DNA from: Podarcis liolepis
Taxonomy: Eukaryota
Assembly: GCA_965112155.1 (NCBI GenBank)
Contig: OZ218101.1
Reading direction: 5' to 3' (one strand)
Length of the DNA stretch: 64,000 nucleotides
The position numbers were made by a program, and so were the translations under genes. Below the pieces are notes generated by a model, which had not been told where the DNA came from, searched no databases, and saw only the letters and a list, made by a program, of their open reading frames with translations. Shown here one piece after another: positions 54,690 through 64,000 of the stretch (its first letter is position 1; each line of letters starts with the position of its first letter).

Positions 54690-54990
54690 TTTTTTCCAAT
54701 TTTTAAAAATTAATTTTCACAAAATTATAAACAAAGCACACAAACGAACATAAATCATAAGCTTATTAAAATTACACTTATTAACATTGTTAAGTGACTT
54801 CCTCGCTTCCCCTTGGTTGAATTTCCATGCATATCCTTATAACGGCTTTCCAAATCCTAATTCTTATAAACCTAACGTAGTTCATTAACATCCTTATATC
54901 TTTTCAATTCAAAATTGTACATGTTAAACATCACTTAACTTACATAAATTTCTAAGCCAATCTGTCACCTGCAAGTTATTTCCAATTAGT
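54690..54990 (-). mobile_element. Probable L1 3'UTR remnant abutting the RNF6 CpG island
   Basis: Abrupt AT-rich block with a T-rich (antisense poly-A-like) left end; family assignment by resemblance only. Confidence 0.4.
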
Positions 54991-55009
54991 TTAACCTTTT
55001 ATCGCTCTT

Positions 55010-55800
55010 CCTGACATGCTCGGACGGCACTGCCGGCCACGCAGCTTTCCTGCGCCCCGGAGAAGCCGCCCGGGGATCGGGCGGCCGCTCTTTCCCCGCC
55101 TGCGCCAGCTCGTTTCCCACGGGATGCGCTCTTGCGCTGCCTAGAATGGGCGGGGGAGAGGCGTGATTCCGCGCCTGCGCGTTTCTTGGCGGAACTGAGA
55201 GCCGAGGCACCAGCAGCCGGCGGCCCGCTGTTGCCGGTGCACCTCGGTGCCTGCAGTTGGCCGGGTTGTCGGTTTCTTGCTGGTAGCCGCTGCCGAGGAA
55301 AGGCGGGGCGGGCGGGGGCGCGTTTTTATTACGGGAAGCAATCTTTGGAGGATACTTTCCTCATAGCTGCCGGGGGCGAAGAGGGGTTTGTGTGGGCGCC
55401 GCTGCCTAGGTTTACCCTGGTCTCCCAGCAACCGGCCGTTATACCCTAGCCCGGGCCCCGGCCTAACGGGCTCCGGTGGGTGCTGCTCGGGAACCGGGGC
55501 GGGCCCCGGAGCGTCTTTCCAGCAGGTGGCTGGCTGGGAGTCGCCCCCCGCCCAGGGCTCTTAAATGTGGCCGGGGCGGAGGGAGGAGCTCAGCGCCTCC
55601 GGCCAAAGCTCCAGGGAAGCTTGGCAAAGTCTGTTGGGGAGGGGGGGGGAGGGAGAGGAGAGGAGCTGGCTTTAATTCAAAAGCTTTGTGGCACCTTAGC
55701 AGCTCAAGTTTATGCTGCCGTAAATGTCTGAAAGGTGCCCCGAGATCCACCATGCCGGGGTGGGAGCGTGTTTCGTGCAATAGACTAAATGCCATTACCC
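55010..55800. promoter_or_regulatory. CpG island / RNF6 promoter and probable non-coding first exon
   Basis: CpG-rich; NRF1-like GCGCCTGCGC (55171-55180); GC boxes (~55302-55320); 1.6 kb upstream of the first coding exon. Exon 1 limits could not be resolved. Confidence 0.85.
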
Positions 55801-57425
55801 TGTCGAGTTTGGCTTGCCATGGTGGGTTGAAGGACGGTGGTTACATACGGACTAGCATCGCTGGGCATAACCCATATAGGATAATATGCAGGAAAGGGGT
55901 AGCAAAGTTGGAGTAAATGAGGAATTGTTTAAAAAGGATATCCATGTGCATGGATATAGGTGTTTGAAAGGTCCTTTAAAAGCTGTGCTGTACTTTATGG
56001 ATGACGAACCTCCAGCTTATTTCCCCCCCATGATGGGTTCCTTGCCTTTAGCTATTGCGAGACTTGCAGAAATTTAAGAGTTACAAATGCTTTCATTGCA
56101 CTTTCTTGCTGGACAACGTTCCATTGATGAATGTTTCTCTGTCCAGTTAAAGTCAGTGGACTTCAGAGACAGTGGACCTATAGACACTATGAGAGGGAAG
56201 CAACTGTGAAGGGGTTGGAAAGTTGATGGGTTATTTATTAAAATCCGAGCCAATGATTTTTGCTTGTTACCATAGATTGTTCTACACGTTTCTTTTACCT
56301 TCTCATACAGGATTTGCGTAACATTCACCCTGCCTGTTCAAAGAGCACTGGGAAAAAATGAAGACTGGAATTATCTGATAAGATTCTCAACATCACACCT
56401 TGCTAGAGATCTGTATCACTTCCACCTCCTAGCAGGGTTGAGGGAAAAGGAAATATTTAACGTGAGAACTTTGCTTTCACTCTTACTGTTGATTCTTCAT
56501 TCAAATCCCTAGTACTATTTTTTTTTGCTGTTAGATGCCTGAGTGTTAACCACCATAAGTAAGTAAAAGGTAAGCTGCCTTAATGCTGAGGCAGATCATT
56601 GGCCCATCGACTTCAGTGTTGTCTACACTGACTGATTGCAGGTCTCCAGGATTTCAGACTGGTCACTTCCAATCCTACCTAGGAGATGCTGCAGATTGAA
56701 TCTGGGACCTTCTGCATTCAAAACATATGCTCTGTGATAAAGAACATTGCTTTGATCCTATCATTGTAATCAGCTCTACTCCTAACACGCTAATGAACTG
56801 CTGTCTATGGGCAGTTATTTAGGTAGTTGAGAGTAAGTGATGACCACTTCTTAGTATAGGATTTTCACAGTTCTTAAGAGTACGTATGTGTTTATGTATG
56901 ACACAAATCTGCATGAATGGGCACTTGGAAGAGGTCAGTCAGTCACTGGAGAACCGTATGTTGGCTGGCCTCCATTTGAAGCATGCTTAAATTTACTCTA
57001 TTGCATGTTATATTTAGCGACAGAGACCCAGATGAACTTAATGCTCTTTCCTGCCATTTCCTGCATAATTTGTACCATAAATACTTGTTACATAGTGGCT
57101 GTAACCTCTTAGATACTTGAAGTAGGAACCTGACAAGATAAATGCATTGGAGTAAGAGTTAAACCCAAACTTACAAGCTGATCCTATGCTTTTCTGCTTG
57201 GAAGTAAGTTACATTGTGTTCAGTAGAACTGACTCCACACTTAATGTGCATTGAATTGCAACCTCAGCCATCCTAGCAGCCAGGAATTGACTACAGTAAA
57301 TAATGGTATATGATATTGAGTACACATATAAGAACTGAATCAAACACACCAACAATTTTGGAACACACAGCCCAGATAACTTGCTTTATTTTCTTTCCAT
57401 TTTACAACAGTCTGGTGTTCCCAGA

Positions 57426-57615
57426 ATGGACTGCTCTAGTTCTTACTCAGGGGAAGATGGTGGGCAGACCACATCTCAAAGCCACAGTGGTGAAGATGAG
57501 CGACAGTGGCAACAGGAACGCCTTAATAGAGAGGAAGCCTATTACCAATTTATTAATGAGCTCAGTGATGAAGACTACAGGTTAATGAGAGATCACAACC
57601 TTCTGGGGACTCCAG
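57426..57615 (+). CDS. RNF6: RNF6 first coding exon (acceptor 57409-57410, ATG 57426)
   Basis: [13 protein letters not shown]...[37 protein letters not shown], the conserved RNF6/RLIM N-terminus; donor G|gtgaga; 190 nt. Confidence 0.93.
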
Positions 57616-57975
57616 GTGAGACTTGACTTCTGGTACTTAAAATCTAATAGAATTCTTACATTTAATACAGCTTTACCGTTAACACAATACAAATTGAATA
57701 CAGCTTTTTTAATCCACCATTTTGAAACACTATAATAAACTTGGTATGAAGCAAATGGGTAGATAAACATAATTATGGGTAGAATTTGTTCCTCGTGTGC
57801 TTTGGAAACATAGAAATTCTTTTTTAAAATGTGCATTGCAAGTTAGGTCCTTGTTCTTTCGTCTTTTAGCTCACAATGAAGTCTAGGTTCATGCAAAACA
57901 GAGGAAACACAAAATATTAGATTTCAGTTTCTTAAACTTGATTCTAGAATCATTACATTTTGGTCAGTGCTAGGC

Positions 57976-58374
57976 ACAGCAATCCAAACCCCTGATCTGC
58001 ACTGTTAAATGGGTTTAGAGGAAGAGGTGTCCCACTACTGGGCTTTATTGGTGCATGGGGTCACCACTGCAGCCATACCCCCCAGCCCAATTGCTGAAAG
58101 TGTGGTGGAGTGCATACTGCTGCCTGTGAAAACCATTGTAAAGGCCCATTACATTAGATACATTATAGTGGCAGAGAAGGGCCAGCAATGGATCTGCTGA
58201 ATCCAAAGCCAGGCCACTTCCTAAAGAAGGGCCTAATCAGGGTCTCTTTACTGTGCCAGCCTGAAACTATAGCAGCAAAAATGTTTAGAAAACCACCACT
58301 GCCACCTTCTGCTCTGGCCAGCACAAGTGGCAGGGCTTTGGATGTTACTCCCAGCCAGTGTTTTGGATTGCTGT
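57976..58374. mobile_element. Non-autonomous TIR element in an RNF6 intron
   Basis: 13-bp TIR acagcaatccaaa / tttggattgctgt. Confidence 0.5.
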
Positions 58375-58573
58375 ATCAAAACCGCATTGTCAAAATGCAG
58401 AACCTTGTGTCTAGTGCATGCTTATAATTCTGCTTCTGTAGTCTGGTCATGCCAGGTTAACTCCTATGTTGCTTTTATTAGTTAAAAATAGGAATAGCTG
58501 CTCTGTTTGCTTCTATGTCTTCAACCAGTATCTGAACCAATAAATAAACTGGTCATATTGCTATCTGTTTCAG

Positions 58574-58681
58574 GAGAAATAACAGCAAATGAGCTGCAGC
58601 AACGTTTGCTAGGTGCAAAGGAGCATTTGGCATCACATTCTGACAGAGAAAATAGAGACTGGGAAGGAGGTACTGTCGGAG
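58574..58681 (+). CDS. RNF6: RNF6 second coding exon
   Basis: EITANELQQRLLGAKEHLASHSDRENRDWEGGTVG; cag|...|gtaagc; 108 nt, phase 1-1. Confidence 0.93.
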
Positions 58682-60452
58682 GTAAGCTTTCATTTTAATA
58701 TAGTAATCTCTTGATTAACTTCTGGCAGGTGTAGGCTCTTTAGATACCTTAGCAAAATTAGTATTTGTTGAAATCAGCAGCCAGCAAACCCTATTGCAAT
58801 GACCTTGTCCAAGGAAAGGAAGGTAAACAGCTGGAGAAAGGGTAGTAGTGCAGAGCTGCTGCATGGGAGTTAAGGAAAACTAGAGCAGGATTTCTAGGCT
58901 AGAGAGTCTATGCTCTGTGGCTGCATATAGTGCACTTCACAGAGAGGTGAGGGCAGTGTTTAATATAAGGACAAGGAAAGAGACCTGCAGGAAATCAGAC
59001 TTATGGCGAGTAAAGCTATCTCTGCTTTTTGTATCAAGATGTTGTTTAATCCTGTGAAAGGAGGAAACTCCACTTGATTGCTGAGAAGTGAAAGGCACAA
59101 AGGCGCTATGCTTCTGCTGAGTAGTGCAAATATTTTTGGCTACTTATTCAAGATGTAATCTGTGGCCTTTTGCTGTCATTATATGAAAACACTTTCCACC
59201 TGCAGTATTAGATAAAACTAGAATGCGCAGAGTTAGTATACCTTGTTTTAGGCACAACCAGCTTCAGCCTTTACACCCAACTTGGTTGCACAATAATTCT
59301 GATAATAAGACCAAAATTGGTTGTTCTTAACCAACCTGAAACAGGCTGGACTCACAACATTCTTCTTTGCACCTGAAAACCTTTCCTGTATTTGGTGCTT
59401 TCTCACCTTGCTTTCTTATTTTTGGCTGTTCTGGTAGGCAGGAAAGAGCACTCTGGACCCTAGCAATGAGGAGGACAGAGATAGATGGGTGAGGAGAGAA
59501 TAGAGAAGCAATTTCCTTTCTTCCTCTGCTGTGGGCTACTAACTCCAGATACTACTCTCCTCCCCTATGACCTTCCACACAGTTTCCCTATCAATTTTAA
59601 TGGCTTTCCCACTTGTAACTTGTACATTTATTTGTACCAGATACCACCAGGACAACTTGGACTTCCCTGTTTTTGTCAAGGCATGGCTTGCTCTTCCAAA
59701 GCTTTTCATTTTTACTTCCAAGACTGAGACCCAGTTGCACATGTGATTCCCACCCCCCTCAATTTCACCTAGGTTTTGAACCTAGAAACTAGTAGGTGAA
59801 ATCCCACTAACATAAAACTTTAAAAGAGTTCTGCTTATTTGGAATTTCTAAAAGTGCTCATTCGCACGTTACTGAGATCACGTGTCCAAACAGTACACAG
59901 TATGACTGAAATGTGCACAGTTGTGTATACAGGTGCCCGCGCACACAAACAGCTAGGTATAAATTACGTGGCTTGTTTGCTGGGTCTAAATTTTAGCATC
60001 AAAGCTATGAAAGATAATTATGTATGTCTCAAATTTCTAGGCTAGCGGAAGCAGAAAATAATTGAGTGGGGACTATAGATTCGGGAGGGGAGACAGTTAT
60101 TTTTTTACATGAAGGGTAGCTATAGAGGTTGTACACAGCTCTTAGATACACGAGAAGTTGTGGGGAGACTAGTGCATCAGATTAGGCTTTTGATTGACAT
60201 CTTTAAGAAGCAAAGAATATAACTCTTCAAACATAGTTGACCTCTGTACTGGGTGGTCGGCTTTTAGATTTCATAGCATTTGTAAGGGAAGCAGAATGAG
60301 AGCTCTGTATGTGATAGATGATCATATGACTGACTGTTCAGGCTAGCATGTATTCCAGGTGTCACGTGACAATTGCAGTTAGCTGCTTTGTCTAAGTGAA
60401 GCGAGTCATGAAAAATGTCTTCTTTCTTTTTTTAAAAAAAAACTACTTACAG

Positions 60453-62083
60453 ATGCAGAAACTGTTGGGGGAAATTCAACAAACAGCTCGCTGTTAGAGT
60501 GGCTGAGCACATTCCACCGTACAGGAAATTCCAGCCATAGTGGACAGAGTGGGAACCAGACTTGGAGGGCTGTAAGCCGAGCGAACCCAAGTAGCGGGGA
60601 ATTTCGGTTTAGTCTTGAAATAAATATAAATCACGAACATAACAGTGTTGACGCTCCTGGGGAAGAATTGAACGGCTACCTTCTTGGTGATCCCAATGGA
60701 AGGCAGGTAGAGATAGAAGAGAGTCCCATAGCCAGCCGAACAAGGAGCAGGACATTGAGAGAGACTGTTGGTCGTGCAGTTGCCTCGTCAAGGGCTGGCA
60801 ACGTTAGTGGCTCAGTGACACAAAATGCTGAAGTAGCAACTCAGTTATTCCCTGGCAGACTCAGAAACAGAAGCTCAGCAGGCCTTGCGGCACACAACAA
60901 TGTCTTAGATGACAATGAACACAACATTATTAGGCAAAGGAGAATTCACAGAGTCTCGTCGGTGACTGTTCACAGAAGGAGAGCTAGAACTCGGAGGAAT
61001 GCAAGGCAAAGGCCAGAAGTTTTAAGACTAAGATCAACGTTCAGTAGTCAGTTTCAGTCCCATTTGGAAAGAAGGCAACGTCTGAATGCACAGCAAATCC
61101 ATAGAAGGTCTGGCCAGGCACAAACAGCCCAGCCGCCTCCTGAGCAAGGTGAGGACCAAGTGCCAACACTGGGCATAACATTGGAAGAGGAGGAATCTGC
61201 CAGACCCACAACTGCACCGAGAAGACATCCTATTATTACATTAGACCTTCAGGTGAGAAGAATTCGTACTGGAGAAAATAGAGATCAAGACAGCATTGCT
61301 ACTAGAACTCGTTCGAGAGCAGGCATGGCAGACAACGCAGTCAGTTTCGAAAGCGATAGGGAGGGTTTCCGTCAGACCGTTTCACGATCTGAACATGCGG
61401 GCATACGGACGTATGTTAGCACCATACGGATACCCCTGCGTAGGATATCTGAAATTGGGCTTGGGGAATCTTCATCGGCGGCTCTTAGATCAATTCTACG
61501 GCAAATTATGACTGGATTTGGAGAGCTAAGCTCCTTAATGGGCACCGAGTCAGATTCCGAAGCTCAGAGGAGTGGTCAGCCCTCGGCAGACACGCAGTCA
61601 GAACTGTTTAACGTGCACACTCTAAGCAGCATTGGTGAGTTCAGTGAAGCTTCTCTTCGAAGCAGGCCCGCTGAACAAGGAAGCAGAGAATGGCATGGAG
61701 AAACCAATGCGACCCAACACTACAATCAAAGTAATGAAGCTGAAGGTAACAGACAGTTTCAAGATGCAAACAGTTTTGTTGAAAGTGGAACGCTTCCCAT
61801 CCTTCGTCTTGTACCTTACCTTTTATTAGATGAAAGTACTAGTGACCACTTGAGGGGGTTAACCAAAGAACAAATTGACAATCTTTCTACTCGCAATTAT
61901 GGGCATCCCGGTGCAGAAGAGGATGAAATAAGCAAGACCTGTAGTGTTTGCATTAATGAATATGTTTCGGGAAACAAGCTAAGGCAGTTGCCATGTATGC
62001 ATGAGTTCCATTTTCACTGTATTGATCGCTGGCTTTCTGAGAATTCCACTTGCCCAATTTGTCGACAACCTGTAGTAGCTTAA
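60453..62083 (+). CDS. RNF6: RNF6 last coding exon, E3 ubiquitin ligase with C-terminal RING-H2
   Basis: [14 protein letters not shown]...[43 protein letters not shown] and CSVC...[24 protein letters not shown]; in frame with the 471-aa track ORF; head-to-head position with CDK8 favours RNF6 over RLIM. Confidence 0.96.
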
Positions 62084-63104
62084 CATGACAGGCAGTGGGT
62101 AGTTCCTCAAATTTTTGAATCTCTGTACTCCATTGGGAGCCTGATGGTATTTTACTAACTTTGAATATGAGGAGTGAGTGTGTAAAACAAGTTTGAAATT
62201 GGAAGTGACCTCGCTACATGTGGCAGTGAACTTCTCTTCTTAAAAGGCAAGTGTAAGGGTGAAGATCAATCCAATAGGCCTCATGCAATTATATTTTTCT
62301 AAAATATTCCCTTATATAAAGCACTTCTGTAATATAGAAACGTAATTGTTTGTGTTAACAGTATGATCTTTATTGAGATTTCAGTTTTTGTGAAGTTGTT
62401 GAAATAATCTTTTGTTAACCATTTGCTCTATGAGCGATCCTTTTTTATGTTGCAAAAGTAACTGGAAACCTGGGCATCTGGCAGGAGGTACTTTAAATAG
62501 AGTAAGTGTTTTGATTTAAATATGCAGTGGATATTTTTATAGAATACCCTGCCCATTTGGTTTTATTAATTTTATAGGCAGTTTTTGCATGTTTTATACA
62601 TGGCTTACTGTTGCCCATTAACCTTTACAGTGGATTTGGTTCTTGGGGTCGGCTGAAATTTGCTTCAAAGGACTGACTTATACAGAATGTTTGTTTAGCC
62701 ATGAGATTAGAGAACTATTAATTTATGTTCGCCAGTTCTACGTTGACCTCAGAACATTGCTTAACGAATACAGAAACCGTATGTTTAGGTTGCTCAACAG
62801 ACATTAAGCACATTCCAATTAGTTTTTTTGAAACCTTTTTTTTAAATTTGATGGTGGAAGAGTGCCATGGATAAGTAACTTGCAAGCAGCAAGCACGATT
62901 TATGTTTCGTTTTTGTACATTTTATCATTTTGTTGTAAGACAGTCTCTTCTGCACATGTAATGGAACATGTAATTTTGGACCGTGGAGAGTTTTCTGAGA
63001 ATCAGATGCCATCACTTGTTAAGGGAAAGGTGTATGCTTACTACAAAAATGCAAAGGAAACTGTATACTTGGACCTTAAAGCTTATACCAATACCTGACA
63101 AAAT

Positions 63105-63110
63105 AATAAA
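63105..63110 (+). terminator. RNF6 polyadenylation signal AATAAA
   Basis: AATAAA ~1 kb after the stop, ending an AU-rich repeat-free 3'UTR, with a TTTGTG element downstream. Confidence 0.65.
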
Positions 63111-63597
63111 AGTGCAAGAACAAAACAGATTTGTGACTCATTTGCGTATCTCTTAAAAGTTGAGTGAGAAGGAAAATGGCCTCTTTTAAAAATGGAGTCT
63201 GCAATGCCCCTTTTCTTTAGCTGTAGCCCTCAAACCATTCCAATTCATTAGACCTAGGTTGTAGCAGGCAGTATAAGGAACAGTGCTTCCATTTCTTAAA
63301 TATTTACATGAATTCTTAGTAACACGTGCAAATATGCACACTTGTAGAGAGACATGGTTTTATCCAGCTACATAACAGTGTGCTTGCAGAAGTCATTCAG
63401 CACACAACAGAACTTCTCCCTCATTGCAAAGCTGTAAGACACATCCCATGATGTTGGATAGGTCTCTTGGATCTTGTAAAGAAATCTTTCAGAGGAGTGG
63501 GGGAAGAAATATGAGTTGCATCAACTTGTGCAGTGTTCCCTAAAGCATTGCACTCATGGAACAACTTGAACTTACCCTCCTCCTCTTTTCTGGTGCA

Positions 63598-64000
63598 AGT
63601 AAGACAGCTAAGAGGTGACATGATGGAAGTGTATAAAATGATGCATGGCTCAGAGAAAGTGCACAAGGGGGGAAATTATCTCTACATAACACTAGAACTG
63701 ACTGACATCCAATGAAGCTGAAGATTCAGGAGAGAAAAGAAAGTACGTCTTTACAGAGAACGTAGTTAAACTGGGGAATTCTCTCCTAAGAGGCAGTGGT
63801 GGCCAGCAATTTGGAGAATAGACAAATTCATAGAGTAAAAGGCTGTCAACAGCTACTAACCCTAATGAATATGTTCTACCACCACAGTCAGAGGTGATAT
63901 GCTTCTATATACCAGTTGCTGGAAACCACAAGGGAGAGTGCTGCTGTGCTTGTGGGTTTCCCATGAACACACTGTGTGAACAGGATGCCATATGGGCCAT
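63598..64000 (+). mobile_element. CR1 LINE 3' fragment
   Basis: RQLRGDMMEVYKMMHGSEKV matches the CR1 ORF2 C-terminus, followed by CR1-like 3'UTR. Confidence 0.8.

Noticed and set aside
54986-55916. ORFs of 74-146 aa in the second CpG island
   Set aside because: Low-complexity Gly/Pro/Arg products typical of GC-rich promoters; no recognisable domain.
60453-62083. Alternative identification as RLIM/RNF12
   Set aside because: Motif wording ([35 protein letters not shown] end) and adjacency to CDK8 fit RNF6.

Overview
Vertebrate genomic DNA, most likely from a squamate (lacertid-type lizard, inferred from Sauria SINE and Squam3-like repeats). The window holds two divergently transcribed protein-coding genes. 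CDK8 (minus strand) has 13 coding exons from 50865 to 11551, all with GT-AG junctions (1389 nt, 462 aa), and a ~1.15 kb 3'UTR. RNF6 (plus strand) has 3 coding exons from 57426 to 62083 (1929 nt, 642 aa) and a C-terminal RING-H2. Each gene has its own CpG island, about 3 kb apart. The rest is intron and intergenic DNA rich in SINEs, L1/L2/CR1 fragments and DNA-transposon MITEs. Almost all short ORFs in the track are spurious. The observations most worth follow-up are: (1) a ~650-bp element with terminal inverted repeats that I cannot assign to a family, present in CDK8 introns 10 and 1, with a gap-free 250-nt block at ~84% identity beside a heavily eroded half; (2) a 72-nt near-perfect intronic hairpin; (3) a 48-codon uORF that ends 2 nt before the CDK8 start and overlaps an extra in-frame ATG; (4) a tandemly duplicated ZNF143/ETS/E2F-like promoter module; (5) inverted MITE copies flanking exons 2-4. 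None is shown to be a new biological system from sequence alone. Repeat boundaries are approximate.
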